From positions 64,001 to 128,000 of the forward strand of contig JAHHIK010000003.1 in assembly GCA_019358935.1 (NCBI GenBank): a stretch of 64,000 bases of DNA, given 5' to 3'. The stretch's first letter is position 1; each line of letters starts with the position of its first letter. Below the pieces are notes generated by a model. That model was not told where the DNA came from. It did not search any database and saw nothing but the letters and a program-made list of their open reading frames with translations. The position numbers and the translations under genes were made by a program. Below are positions 40,769 through 51,538 of the stretch, piece after piece. Source of the stretch: Tolypothrix carrinoi HA7290-LM1. GTDB taxonomy: Bacteria; Cyanobacteriota; Cyanobacteriia; Cyanobacteriales; Nostocaceae.

Positions 40769-42082
40769 TCAGCGATCTACAAAGCTAGATTCATTAACAG
40801 GAACATTGCCAAGTTTTGACTCGCCCAAATAGTTATAAACCGCTCTTGACACTTGACGAATAAAGCTTACAGCTCGGTCATCGTAATTAGGTCTGCGTAC
40901 CAAAATACCCGCTAAATAGCTTTTACCGTTTGGCATTTGAATTATGCCAGCATCGCCCAATATAAATCTGAGTGTACCAGTTTTGTGAGAAATTATAGCT
41001 TTCTTATCTATACCAGCGGGAAGTAAAGACCTATTGCGAGTCCCGCGCATAATGGCTAAAACTTGATTGCGACTTTTTGGTGATAGCAAACGATTGTTAG
41101 TAAGTAACGCTGACAGTCTTACCAAATCTTTAGGGCTAGTTGTATTCGTACCACCGACATCAGGAAGATTATTACGAATTACTGTATTTTGCAATCCCCA
41201 ATTACGAAAGCGTTGATTTAGTTTAGTTTCTCCGCCCAAACGGTCGATAATCATATTCGTCGCCGTATTGTCGCTAATAACTATCATATTAGTTAGAGTT
41301 TGCAAAACGCTGAATTTTGTGTTTACAGGCTTGTATTGCATTGTTCCAGATTCACCTGCAATTAAACCACGGCGCATCACCAGTTTTTCATCGAGTTTAA
41401 TTCTACCCGCATCTATTTCTTCAAACAAAGCTACTAAAACCGGAAATTTGATTGTACTAGCTGCTGAAAATATCTTTTCGCCATTAATATCTACATAATT
41501 ACCTGTTTGTAAATCTAAGAAAAACATTCCCGGATTTAAAGAGCGATAACGATTCATTAATGCTTTGATTTGGGAATTTAAAACTGGTATTTCTTGACCT
41601 AAATTCACAACTCCCGCAAATAATGAAGCATCAGTTGGGGCGATCGCAATATCTTGGCGGTTTTCACCAGCCGAAAATGAGACATCATTTGGCTGACGGT
41701 TAATTGATGAAAAATTCACCACCCAATGCGATCGCGAATCGCCTTTAATTGAAAGACCTTGAGGAGAAATATTGTAACCAGGTGCTAATTCAATTACTAA
41801 TCGAGTGCTTTGTTCATCAGGTTGTCCAATGCGAATTTCTTTAATAGCTTTGCCAAAGCTTTTTCGCATCGTTGTAGTGTCAATAGTCGTTCCAGGTAAG
41901 TCGATTACTAATCGTTTAGGGTTATCAAGTAAAAAAGCTTTAGGCTGTATACCAGAATCGGTGGTGATATGTAACTGATTTTGAGCTTGGTCAAAATACC
42001 AAGATTCTAATTTAGCTGCATTTGCTTGCTCAGACATTAACACTAAACTAGCCAAGCTTGCCAAAAATAAGCGACATTTCAT
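40769..42082 (-). CDS. AMIN-domain serine hydrolase (class A beta-lactamase-like PBP)
   Basis: Signal peptide, NPKRLVIDLPG (AMIN), AASTIK, ISDNTATN, HKTG. Confidence 0.9.
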   Translation of the reverse strand: MKCRLFLASLASLVLMSEQANAAKLESWYFDQAQNQLHITTDSGIQPKAFLLDNPKRLVIDLPGTTIDTTTMRKSFGKAIKEIRIGQPDEQSTRLVIELAPGYNISPQGLSIKGDSRSHWVVNFSSINRQPNDVSFSAGENRQDIAIAPTDASLFAGVVNLGQEIPVLNSQIKALMNRYRSLNPGMFFLDLQTGNYVDINGEKIFSAASTIKFPVLVALFEEIDAGRIKLDEKLVMRRGLIAGESGTMQYKPVNTKFSVLQTLTNMIVISDNTATNMIIDRLGGETKLNQRFRNWGLQNTVIRNNLPDVGGTNTTSPKDLVRLSALLTNNRLLSPKSRNQVLAIMRGTRNRSLLPAGIDKKAIISHKTGTLRFILGDAGIIQMPNGKSYLAGILVRRPNYDDRAVSFIRQVSRAVYNYLGESKLGNVPVNESSFVDR

Positions 42083-42339
42083 GTGCGTGTTTAAAATGTA
42101 TTTACATTTACTTAAACTTTATTTACCAGAAATTTGCTTTGTATCAGGAAAATAAAATGTCAAAAAAATCAATAAACATTTAATAATTAAAATATACAAA
42201 TACAAAAAATTGTGCCATTGCCATTGGCAAAAGCAACTAAAATCATTTAATAACTAAAAGGGTGGAAAACACCCACCACCTAGACGAAGAGATGATAATT
42301 GATGTTTCCACCCTGCCGATAAATTTTGGTCAGCGTTTT

Positions 42340-43698
42340 TCAAGTTAAAACATAAGGCGTTGCAATCATCTGCATTCCTGCTGGTGCGGCTAAAGTCAAA
42401 CCACGACGCACAGGACGCACAGGACGCTTATTTACTGTTGATAGTTGAAACTGAGAAAGAATTGTTGCCAATACCAGTTTCATTTCATACTGAGCAAAAG
42501 CCATACCAATACAGCGACGATTACCACCACCAAAGGGTAAATACTCGTATTGAGAAAATTGTCTTTCTAAAAAGCGTTCTGGTTTGAATTGCTTCGGTTG
42601 TGGGTAGACTTGTTCGCGGTGGTGCGCTAAATAGATACTGGGAACTACTATAGTTTTTGCTGGTAGATGATAGCCCATAATTTTAATTGGCGATTTGACT
42701 ACCCGAATAAAACCATTCATTGCGATCGGATAAATTCGCAGTGTTTCTTGGCATACTGCATTTAAATAAGGCAGTTTAGCAATAATACTCGGATCTGGGT
42801 TGTTACCAAAAAAAGCGAGTTCTTTTAGTAGTTTGTCGCGCACTTCCGGTAAATAATCAATCCAGTAAAAAGCCCAAGTCAATGCAGAAGCCGTAGTTTC
42901 ATGTCCCGCAACCAGCAGCGTCATTAACTCATCGCGTAACTCTTGATTTGACATCGGCTGTCCGTCATCATAACGAGCAGACATCATCAAACTGAGGATA
43001 TCTTGGCGATTTTGGTTAGATTCAGTTCTTCGTTCTTCAATTAAAGCATAAATAAGCTTATCAATTCGTTCCATCAAGCGCAACACTCGACCCCACGGAC
43101 TCCATGTGCCAAAATCTTTTTGGATGAACCGAAAAAAGAAGGCAGCGGACATAAATGGGGAACCCATAATATCTAGGACAGATGTGAGATGTTGGCGAAG
43201 TTCTTGAAAACGCTGTCCTTCATTTAAGCCAAAAACAACTCGTAAAATGACGCGCATGGTGATTTCTTGCATCGACGAACGAATATTAAAAGACTTGTTA
43301 ATTTTCCATTCGTCGCTTACTTGCTGGGTGATTTGGCGAATAGTTTCACCATAAGCCCGCATTCTATCACCATGAAAGGGAGGGGTTAATAGTTGGCGTT
43401 GGCGGTGGTGGCGATCGCCATCCAGTAAAATCAAAGAATTATCCCCTAGCAAAAATCGTAAACCTCGATTTCCCCTTCCACTTTCAAAATGCACAGAATC
43501 AGCAGCAAAAATCTCTTGTAGTGCTTGCGGATGACTAAAGTAGACAATAACAGAATCGCTCGTATTGGAAAGAGTGAACGTGTCACCATAAGAAGACGCA
43601 AAATTATCAGCGTATTCCAACGGCTGAAAAATAAATTTCATCCGCCGCAGAAATGTCGGCATTTTTGGTCCATCAGGTAGATTTACGTTTGCGGTCAT
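42340..43698 (-). CDS. Cytochrome P450 (CYP110-like)
   Basis: AGHETT, ETLR, F.PERF, PFGGGNRRCIG. Confidence 0.93.
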   Translation of the reverse strand: MTANVNLPDGPKMPTFLRRMKFIFQPLEYADNFASSYGDTFTLSNTSDSVIVYFSHPQALQEIFAADSVHFESGRGNRGLRFLLGDNSLILLDGDRHHRQRQLLTPPFHGDRMRAYGETIRQITQQVSDEWKINKSFNIRSSMQEITMRVILRVVFGLNEGQRFQELRQHLTSVLDIMGSPFMSAAFFFRFIQKDFGTWSPWGRVLRLMERIDKLIYALIEERRTESNQNRQDILSLMMSARYDDGQPMSNQELRDELMTLLVAGHETTASALTWAFYWIDYLPEVRDKLLKELAFFGNNPDPSIIAKLPYLNAVCQETLRIYPIAMNGFIRVVKSPIKIMGYHLPAKTIVVPSIYLAHHREQVYPQPKQFKPERFLERQFSQYEYLPFGGGNRRCIGMAFAQYEMKLVLATILSQFQLSTVNKRPVRPVRRGLTLAAPAGMQMIATPYVLT

Positions 43699-43737
43699 AT
43701 CTGCTTCTCAAATTGATGGCTTCTCGATTCTATCTTT

Positions 43738-43952
43738 TGGGGACTGGGGACTGGGGACTAGGGACTGGGGAAAAGGGAAAAGGGAAAAGGGGAAAGGGTT
43801 TTTGAAGAGGGGGAAAGGAGAAAGGGAAAAGAATTATTACCAATGCCCCATGACGGCAGATGCTTCAAGCCGGGGAACCCGTCCAACGCACTGCCTCCCC
43901 AATGCCCCATGCCCAATGCCCCATTCCCAATGCCCCATTCCCAATTACCAAT
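43738..43952. repeat. STRR1-type and related heptamer arrays with an inserted small dispersed repeat
   Basis: (ggggact)n, (gggaaaa)n and (ccaatgc/cccattc)n. Insert acggcagatgcttcaagcc...caacgcactgcctcc at 43853-43898 is near-identical to 40563-40608. Confidence 0.85.
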
Positions 43953-44011
43953 GCTTTTATGTCACATAAAGATGTATAGTCTTGTAAGGTAGCGTCAGTA
44001 GCAAAAACTAA

Positions 44012-44662
44012 GTGGCAAAAATCATCGCTATCCTCAATGGCAAAGGTGGCGTGGGTAAAACCACTACCGCCGTCAATCTGGCTGCAACATTTGCTCAACA
44101 GAAAAAGGTTCTTCTCATTGATGCAGATATTCAAGGTTCTGCTAGTTGGTGGTATAGCCGCAGTCAGAATGGTATGGGGTTCGACCTATCCCAAGAGACA
44201 GATCCTCAACTTTTAGGTAATTTAGGAAAGATAACAGGTTACGATTTAGTAATGGTAGATACGCCCCCGGCGCTGCGGTCTGAAGCTTTAGCGGCGGTAT
44301 TGGCGATCGCAAACTATTTAGTTTTGCCTACACCCCCAGCACCAATGGATTTAGCTGTCCTAATTGACACAATTCAAAAAGCCGTCACTCCCTTGGGAAC
44401 ACCCCATCGAGTGTTGCTAACCAAAGTGGATACACGGAGTTTGGCAGAAGCACAGGAAGCTAAAAATACCTTGGTACAGTTAGGAATACCTGCTTGCAAT
44501 AACTTTATTCGTGCTTACAAAGCACACGAACGAGCAGCGCTGGATGGTATGGCGATTACTCAATGGCGAGGAAATAATGCACGCGAAGCGGAGTCAGACT
44601 ACCGCCGCGTAGCTGATGAATTAAAGCGTGATTGGAGGAAATTATGGTTAAGAGACGTGTAG
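44012..44662 (+). CDS. ParA family ATPase (short type)
   Basis: [26 protein letters not shown]. Confidence 0.9.
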   Translation: MAKIIAILNGKGGVGKTTTAVNLAATFAQQKKVLLIDADIQGSASWWYSRSQNGMGFDLSQETDPQLLGNLGKITGYDLVMVDTPPALRSEALAAVLAIANYLVLPTPPAPMDLAVLIDTIQKAVTPLGTPHRVLLTKVDTRSLAEAQEAKNTLVQLGIPACNNFIRAYKAHERAALDGMAITQWRGNNAREAESDYRRVADELKRDWRKLWLRDV

Positions 44663-45384
44663 CCGACGTGCTACAAGAACAAACACAAAAATTTACACCA
44701 GAAAAAAGCGAATCTGCAATCGAAGTTCCTGCTGAGACAATTGTAGAACATGCCGAATCATCTGAAGAATTGTTAACAGATACACCTGAGCAAACTCCGG
44801 CTAGACGCACTCCAACCAAGGCTGATTTAGAAGCAATGGTCAAAGAGTTGCAAGAAAAAGACGAACGATCGCAAAAGAGAGAAAAACAATTACAGCAAGA
44901 AAATAGTGATTTGCAGTCAGCTTTGTCTAAAGAACAATCGCTTTTGTCAGAACAAAAAACATTAGTAGAACGATTGACAAAAGAGCTTTACGATGCTAAG
45001 AAAGCTGCACTACAACTTGCAGAAGCTAATTCCCAACTTATAGAAGAAAGCAATCTTCTCAAAAAAGAAAAGGAAAAGGAAAAAGAAAGCATTGTTGTCA
45101 AACAAGAAAAGGAAATTATCCCAGCTAGCAGCTACAGAAAATCATATCAGTCATCAGAAAAGGCACCGCAACACCAACCTGAGCAAAATCAATTTAAACC
45201 AGCCGCTAGCTACTACAAAAAATCATATTACTCATCCCAAAAGCCACCACAACCACAACCGGAACATAAAGAATTTAAACCAGCCGATAGTTACAAAAAA
45301 TCACACCGCTCATCGGTAGATTTAGCGCAAAATCAACCGGATGAAGGTGAGGATAATTCTTCTCAAATGTGGTTACTTGATTAA
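44644..45384 (+). CDS. Coiled-coil hypothetical protein, probable ParA partner
   Basis: Overlaps the parA 3' end. Basic N-terminus (KRRVADVL), long heptad region, three PA.SY.KS repeats. Confidence 0.7.
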   Translation: MVKRRVADVLQEQTQKFTPEKSESAIEVPAETIVEHAESSEELLTDTPEQTPARRTPTKADLEAMVKELQEKDERSQKREKQLQQENSDLQSALSKEQSLLSEQKTLVERLTKELYDAKKAALQLAEANSQLIEESNLLKKEKEKEKESIVVKQEKEIIPASSYRKSYQSSEKAPQHQPEQNQFKPAASYYKKSYYSSQKPPQPQPEHKEFKPADSYKKSHRSSVDLAQNQPDEGEDNSSQMWLLD

Positions 45385-45587
45385 ATGATTTCAAGAAAGC
45401 GCATATGACTGCTTTAGTAGCTCAAGCCTTTTTGGGATGCGGCTATAAAGGTTTATACTTGTGAGTCAGTGTTTTTGCGATAGTAAGGAATAGTTGATAA
45501 TAGCGATCGCCACATTTCTAGCTAGTTAATAAAAAGTAAATGGTGCTTGCAGGGAAAAAACTGAAAGTTAATATTTACTGATTGAGA

Positions 45588-46393
45588 CTAGCGTAAACTC
45601 GCCTCTACAAATGCCACATAAGGACAACTCGAATAACGAGGTGTACAAGTTGCTTTTATGCCAACGCTGCGAGCATTCTCAACATTAATGTTTAAAACTT
45701 GCTTTGCCGCTATTGTCAAATCCTTTGTAGCTACTACTTTGTTGTCAACACTTACGTCAAATACTATCTTATCATCTTGACGAGCATAATCATGTTTGCC
45801 ATTTATTCCAACAACTAAATTCAATTGTCGAAACTTAGAATTAAGAGCGCATGACACTCCAGCAGGTTTATCCTTGGAAATATAAGGATAGGGATTACCA
45901 TTTTCACTAAACAAATAAGCGATTTCCGGCAAAGCTTCCCCTCCGATAGCAATGTTTTTTGGTTCACGCTGCTTTACTAAAGATTGTTCAACCCCAGGAG
46001 TAGAACTAAGACATTCCGTATCTAAAAGAGAAACGGCAGTCCCAGATAAGGGGGGAGTAGGAGTTTCGGCAACTGTGGGAGTGGGTGAAGCAGTAGGAGT
46101 TTCGGCAACCGTTGGTGTGGGTGAAGCAGTAGGAGTTTCGGCAACGGTGGGTGTGGGTGAAGCAGTAGGGGATGCGGCAACTGTGGGAGTGGGTGAGGCA
46201 GTATTGTTGTCACCGATTAGATTATTTTGTTTGAGAATTACCGCAGTAATTACCGATGCACTATTGCAGTAGCAATTATAATCCCGGTAATCAAGGAAAT
46301 AAAAACCATTGGATTTTTATTTTGTTTATTCTCATTTTCTCCTGATGATATTTGAGTAGGTTTTGGCGAATTCCTTGAATCTTTCGGACTCAT
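45588..46393 (-). pseudogene. Membrane-anchored Pro/Thr-repeat protein with a C-terminal NPCBM/NEW2-like domain, one frameshift
   Basis: AAGGAG RBS and ATG at 46393. The TM helix is broken by a 1-nt loss near 46260. The downstream frame stays open through the (ETPTASPTPTVA)n repeats to the stop at 45588. Confidence 0.7.
46057..46202. repeat. 36-bp coding tandem repeat, about 4 copies
   Basis: Unit gtaggagtttcggcaactgtgggagtgggtgaagca with variants. Confidence 0.9.
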
Positions 46394-46447
46394 CTGTTTA
46401 ACTCCTTTAACTGATAATTAAAGTGTAAAAGTCGTAAATATTGAATG

Positions 46448-47608
46448 TTACAGATTACAAGTCTCGACACGCGAGAATAAAAAAACTCCAGTCCAGCACC
46501 ACACCCAACCAAACGGTCGGGAAAAGTCGTGAAGCAAACACAAGGGAACAGCACCCTCCCCAGTTCCCATCCCTGCAAGTAACTCGAATTTCGGCGATGA
46601 TATACCAACTAACCGCGCAGGGAGATGACCTTGGGGGGCATTCAGGGAGAAAGTCAGGTCTGAATATTCCAGCCAATCATAGTCATATGGCAGCCACTTG
46701 CTTTTCACACGCCAACCCACGCGATCGCCTAAAAGACACTCTGTCGCTTTATCCACTTTGCCGCCAACTTCCTGCCATATGCGCTGCTGCACGCTAAAGC
46801 CGAAGTGTCCATTGCTGTACTTTACCCACAGAGCATCGATGGTGCCTAAGTCTTGACAAGAAAACTTTTCCATGTCTTCATTTCTCAGCCAGCCTTGTTC
46901 TTCTCGGTTGGCTACCTTGAGAATCAGATCCGCAGTTTCTTTGTCGGCTTGTTTCCATTTCCCCCCTGCCAATAAATCCCGCAACCGCGTGTAGTCTACT
47001 TTCGGCTCAGTTGTATTTGAGTGTTCTGTCCTCAACTCGTTTTTTGTCAGAAGTTTAGGAGTCAGATTCTCTGAAATACCTTCCAACCGAATTGCAGAGC
47101 AGCCAAATTCGTAAGAAAACTCAACAGAGCGTCCAGCTCCTAGCGCATCGTAAAAAGCTACAGTAAATGCAATTGCGGCTCGATCGCCAATTTCCTGACT
47201 CATGCCAATCACATAGTTAACATGTCGAGCGATCGCTTTAGCTTGAATCTCTGAGTAGCAGGCATTAAGAACTACACATTCCACCTGCTTGAACAACTCG
47301 AACAGTCCCGCTAATCCTTCTGCATCGACAAACTTGACTTGTCCTTTTTCATCCTCAAATTCCAATCCTCCATCCCCTGCTCCATGTCCAGAAAAATGGA
47401 CAATCTGCGGTTCGACATCCAACATAGCTCGTCGAAAGTCTATCGGACGCACTGCCCACCTTGACTTTATGACAAATTGATCGCGTTTCTGCGCCCGCTG
47501 CAACCCTAACTCAATCTCACGCACCTCTTCATCCAAACGTAGTCGTGACGTACCTTTGGGATTCGCTGCCAGAATCAAGATTTTCTTAACCAAAGTGTTG
47601 CTGTTCAT
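46448..47608 (-). CDS. CHAT-like domain plus GUN4 domain protein
   Basis: KILILAANPK...LRLDEEVREI, IVHFSGHG, VVLNACYS, then VDYTRLRDLLA.GKWK.AD.ET, DL.TID.LW..YS.G.FGFSVQ, AP.GHLP. Confidence 0.88.
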   Translation of the reverse strand: MNSNTLVKKILILAANPKGTSRLRLDEEVREIELGLQRAQKRDQFVIKSRWAVRPIDFRRAMLDVEPQIVHFSGHGAGDGGLEFEDEKGQVKFVDAEGLAGLFELFKQVECVVLNACYSEIQAKAIARHVNYVIGMSQEIGDRAAIAFTVAFYDALGAGRSVEFSYEFGCSAIRLEGISENLTPKLLTKNELRTEHSNTTEPKVDYTRLRDLLAGGKWKQADKETADLILKVANREEQGWLRNEDMEKFSCQDLGTIDALWVKYSNGHFGFSVQQRIWQEVGGKVDKATECLLGDRVGWRVKSKWLPYDYDWLEYSDLTFSLNAPQGHLPARLVGISSPKFELLAGMGTGEGAVPLCLLHDFSRPFGWVWCWTGVFLFSRVETCNL

Positions 47609-47740
47609 TCAAAAGTTTGGGACAGGAATGATTGCACGCTCATGTAGCTTTTTCAACCAGCAATCAACTAAATCCGGAAGGAGGGCAAAAAATTTTACTC
47701 TTTTAGGAATGATGGCACTTAAGGGTATCAGCAATAGCTG

Positions 47741-48643
47741 TTAGACTAATTGCAAGACATCCTGAAACTCTAAAATATGTTGTGCCGTAATTTGCGGCTG
47801 TTCTAAGTGAGGAACATGACCGCAATCTTTAATCCAGATAAGTTTACTATGTGGAATTGCCCTCTTAAATCTCTTAGCATCCTCGATACCCAAAATCTTG
47901 TCAGAATCGCCCCACAAAATCAGCGTAGGTTGGACAATTTCTGATAGTTTCTTAAATCTAAAACCACCGTAACCACCACTTTTAGTAAAAGCAATCAAAG
48001 CTAATTCCCAACTAGGCATTTCTAAATGTAAAGCTGCACAAATTTGAGCATCACTTGAAGCGAGGCTTTTGTTTTTGTAAGCAGCGCGAGAAATACTTTG
48101 GCGTATCTTTGGGTTACGTAAAAACTGAGTCGCCAAATAATCCAGCGGGGGAAACATCAACTTACTTAACGGTGAACTACCCCCTAAACCAGCACTATCA
48201 ATTAACACTAGCTTTTGTACCACTTCCGGGTAAGTCAGAGTGAAATCAATCGCTGCTGCACCCCCCATCGAAGCACCCACCAAAATTACAGGTTGATTAA
48301 TCAGAGTTTTCCAGAAACAATAAAGATGAGTTTTAATTGCAGTAGGACTAAACTGTATTCCCGAAACTCTATCTGTAAACCCAAAACCCAACAAATCTAC
48401 TGCCCAAGTATCATTATTTTCTGCTAATAATGGCAAAAGGCGACGAAATTCTAACAAAGAACTATCAAAGCCGTGAATTAAGAAAATCGGCGTTCCACCA
48501 CTTCCCTTATGTACATAACTTGTAGTAATAGATTGAGTACTCAGGGGAGTACTTATCGCTATCTGCTCAATACTTTGAGCCAGTGCGATCGCACTTGCTT
48601 CTCTTAATTGCCCAACTGCCGCAGGAAGAAAACTAGCAAACAT
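47741..48643 (-). CDS. Alpha/beta fold hydrolase
   Basis: IHGFDSS, DLLGFG, GASMGG, WG.SD, CGHVPHLE. Confidence 0.92.
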   Translation of the reverse strand: MFASFLPAAVGQLREASAIALAQSIEQIAISTPLSTQSITTSYVHKGSGGTPIFLIHGFDSSLLEFRRLLPLLAENNDTWAVDLLGFGFTDRVSGIQFSPTAIKTHLYCFWKTLINQPVILVGASMGGAAAIDFTLTYPEVVQKLVLIDSAGLGGSSPLSKLMFPPLDYLATQFLRNPKIRQSISRAAYKNKSLASSDAQICAALHLEMPSWELALIAFTKSGGYGGFRFKKLSEIVQPTLILWGDSDKILGIEDAKRFKRAIPHSKLIWIKDCGHVPHLEQPQITAQHILEFQDVLQLV

Positions 48644-48834
48644 AAATTTTAACTTACCTTGTATAACTAAAGATAGCAATTCTATCCCTAAAAAAAACTA
48701 TATCGTCAATGGATTTTATAACAATTTAAAATAGCTTCTGAAATTAGCTACCTCTCTTTCTCTCTTCCTCTGTGTTCTCTGTGCCTCTGCGGTTCGTTTA
48801 AAAAAATATCACAACTCATCTACTACTACTATAT

Positions 48835-49659
48835 ATGAATCAATGGATACTCACCGCCAATCAAGCCAAACAATTAATATCCCAAAGCGCAACAATTCTT
48901 GACACCCGCAACAAATTAGCATGGTTTCTGGGACATATACCAGACGCTATTCACGTCACCTGGCAAGAATTTTCGCAACCAGAAAAACCTTACCAAGGCA
49001 ACCTCCTAAAAGACGAAAAACTTCTTCAACAAAAACTGTGTAAATTAGGCATTTCCAACTCAAAACCAGTAATTGTAATTGGCAATCCCGCTCATAACTT
49101 TGGTGAAGAAGGACGCATTGTTTGGATGTTACGCACCTTAGGACATAACAGCGCAGCTTTCGTTGATGGCGGATATAATGCACTTGTAAAAGCAGGTATT
49201 CAAACTACCTTTGCAGCAAATCAACCTCAAAAAATCGGAGATTTTGTAGTCAACCGCACCGCATTATGGGAAATTCAGCGCGATGAACTTAAAGCAAATC
49301 TTGCAGAAAATAAGTTAATAATAATTGATACTCGCGAAAAGCGAGAATATAATGGGGCAACTCCTTACGGTGAAAAGCGCAAAGGACATATCCCTGGTGC
49401 AGTGCATTTCTACTTCAAAGATTTAATAGATAATAAAGGTAACTTACTTCCAACTGAAGAAATTATCACAAAACTAGCAAGATTAGGAATTCAATTAGAT
49501 ACTCCCATTGCTACTTATTGTACAGGTGGTATTCGTTCGGCTTTTTTTGTCAGCGTTATGGCAAATTTAGGCTTGACTAATGTGAAAAACTATGCAGGCT
49601 CAATGTGGGAATGGTCAGCCGAAAGTGCAAATAGCTATCCACTACAAGAAAATTTGTAG
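48835..49659 (+). CDS. Two-domain rhodanese sulfurtransferase
   Basis: GHIPDA/GHIPGA, DGG, YCTGGIRS, YAGSMWEWS. Confidence 0.9.
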   Translation: MNQWILTANQAKQLISQSATILDTRNKLAWFLGHIPDAIHVTWQEFSQPEKPYQGNLLKDEKLLQQKLCKLGISNSKPVIVIGNPAHNFGEEGRIVWMLRTLGHNSAAFVDGGYNALVKAGIQTTFAANQPQKIGDFVVNRTALWEIQRDELKANLAENKLIIIDTREKREYNGATPYGEKRKGHIPGAVHFYFKDLIDNKGNLLPTEEIITKLARLGIQLDTPIATYCTGGIRSAFFVSVMANLGLTNVKNYAGSMWEWSAESANSYPLQENL

Positions 49660-49661
49660 TA

Positions 49662-49777
49662 ATACTATTTCTGTATGAAGATGCGCCTAATTAGCCCACG
49701 CAGGTGGGCTTTGTTTGTGTAGCCCCAGGCTTATAGCCTGAGGGCGAATAAAGCGCAACCTCACATAGAATTGGTAT
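49662..49777. mobile_element. MITE-like element
   Basis: Imperfect TIR atactatttctgtatgaagatgcgc...gcgcaacctcacatagaattggtat, with internal agcccacgcaggtgggct hairpin. Confidence 0.55.
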
Positions 49778-49791
49778 AAGCTTTTTTAGCG

Positions 49792-50532
49792 CTAAAGCGC
49801 TGATTTGATTGCCTTACCAATATACATTAAAGAAGTATTGTTAGTAATTTTGGCTTGAAATCCTCCAGTCTTTTTATAGTGGATGTAGGCAAGGATGTTA
49901 TCGAATAAATCTTCACCAAATAAGTCAAATCCGTTAACTTCTATGCTGGCAAAGCCATGATTATGCAGTAAATTAGTCAGTTCTTCTGGCTTAATAAACT
50001 TTTTCCAATCGTGAATACCGACGGGAATCTCGCGCAAAATATTTTCTAAAAGCCAAATCATGACAAATTGAGATTTTATAGTTCTATTGATAGTGTCAAA
50101 TAAAAATAATCCGTTAGGTTTTAATACTCTAGAAATTTCGGAAATTGTTTTTCTTAAATCGGCAACATGTTCTAAGACATCTACACATACAACAATATCA
50201 AAAGAGTTTGCCTGATAAGGCAGATTTTCCGCAAATGCTTGTTGATATTCAATCGGTAATTTGCTGATTGCTGCATGTTCTTGAGCTTGTTTAATACATT
50301 TTGCTGATTGATCTACCCCAAAGGCGATCGCTCCCCTTCTTGCCATAAATTCGCAAGAAAAACCGCCGCCACAGCCAACGTCTAATACTCGCAATCCCTG
50401 CCAAGAAGGTACGTACCGATCAAAAAAATCAAATCGGGGTTGATTTAAGTAATAGAGAGCGTAGATTTTAGCATCTTCCTGCCACCAAATATCTGCACTC
50501 AAGTCATAAAATTGCAAGTCATTTTTTTTCAT
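49792..50532 (-). CDS. UbiG-like SAM-dependent O-methyltransferase
   Basis: WW...N..R, VLDVGCGGG, DVLEHV.D, DTINRT, G.HDW.KFIKPEEL. Confidence 0.85.
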   Translation of the reverse strand: MKKNDLQFYDLSADIWWQEDAKIYALYYLNQPRFDFFDRYVPSWQGLRVLDVGCGGGFSCEFMARRGAIAFGVDQSAKCIKQAQEHAAISKLPIEYQQAFAENLPYQANSFDIVVCVDVLEHVADLRKTISEISRVLKPNGLFLFDTINRTIKSQFVMIWLLENILREIPVGIHDWKKFIKPEELTNLLHNHGFASIEVNGFDLFGEDLFDNILAYIHYKKTGGFQAKITNNTSLMYIGKAIKSAL

Positions 50533-50645
50533 TCTTAAACAAACTCGGCGAATTATAAAATGCTTAGGCATTACCATTTAATCGTAATGGCGTGGCAACA
50601 TCGTACAATTGATAACACCCATCCCTTGACTTAGGAGTTGATGCC

Positions 50646-50957
50646 ATGCCGATGGCGGTTGGAGTAATTGAAACTTTAGGTTTTCCAGCTGTGTTAGCAG
50701 CAGCAGATGCAATGGTGAAAGCTGCCGGCGTAACACTGGTATACTACGGTCAAGCGGAAAGCGCTCGCTTCGTAGTCGCAGTCAGGGGACACGTAGCTGA
50801 GGTGAAAACAGCGGTTGCAGCCGGAATCGCTGCCGGAGAGGAAGCTTACGGTGGTCAGGTAATCACCCACTACATCGTTCCCAACCCTCCGGAGAACGTG
50901 GAAAGCATTTTGCCCATCCACTTCACCGAAAAATCAGAACCATACCGTATCTTCTAA
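50646..50957 (+). CDS. ccmK3: Carboxysome shell protein CcmK3
   Basis: BMC domain [27 protein letters not shown]; first gene of a satellite pair. Confidence 0.88.
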   Translation: MPMAVGVIETLGFPAVLAAADAMVKAAGVTLVYYGQAESARFVVAVRGHVAEVKTAVAAGIAAGEEAYGGQVITHYIVPNPPENVESILPIHFTEKSEPYRIF

Positions 50958-51042
50958 CCAAGTTCGCCATCAAAATCGGTAGCGAACATTCGTACAATTA
51001 TTGAGTAGCGCCACATACGTTTACTTATACAGGAGATCAATT

Positions 51043-51396
51043 ATGTCATCATCACAGGCAGTTGGAGCATTGGAAACTAAAGGTTTTCCCGCTGTGCTAG
51101 CAGCAGCAGATGCAATGGTAAAAGCTGGTCGAGTCACCCTCGTCGGTTATATCAGAGTTGGTAGCGCTCGCTTTACAGTCAATATTCGCGGAGATGTTTC
51201 AGAAGTAAAAGCCGCTATGGCTGCTGGTGTTGATGCGGTCGAAAATGTTCATGGTGGTACTTTGGAATCTTGGGTAATTATTCCTCGTCCCCATGAAAAC
51301 GTTGAAGCCGTTTTGCCCATAGGCTACACAGATCAAGTCCAAGAGTATCGCGAATCTGTCGAAAACCCGATTGTTAGGTCTTCTAACGGTAGATAG
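51043..51396 (+). CDS. ccmK4: Carboxysome shell protein CcmK4
   Basis: [39 protein letters not shown] upstream. Confidence 0.9.
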   Translation: MSSSQAVGALETKGFPAVLAAADAMVKAGRVTLVGYIRVGSARFTVNIRGDVSEVKAAMAAGVDAVENVHGGTLESWVIIPRPHENVEAVLPIGYTDQVQEYRESVENPIVRSSNGR

Positions 51397-51403
51397 AGTT
51401 ATT

Positions 51404-51536
51404 TGTTAGTTGATAGTTGTTAATTGTTAGTTGTTAGTTGGAGCGTTGATAGTTGATAGTTGGTTATTTTACTAACTGACGACCAATTACCAATTACCAA
51501 TTACCAATTACCAATTACCAATTACCAATTACCAAT
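51404..51536. repeat. STRR-type heptamer arrays
   Basis: (tgttagt/tgatagt)n, then (ACCAATT) x about 8 immediately before the next ATG. Confidence 0.9.
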
Positions 51537-51538
51537 CT

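Noticed and set aside
46057..46202. 36-bp repeats as a CRISPR array
   Set aside because: No spacers; variation falls at codon third positions of a Pro/Thr linker on the minus strand.
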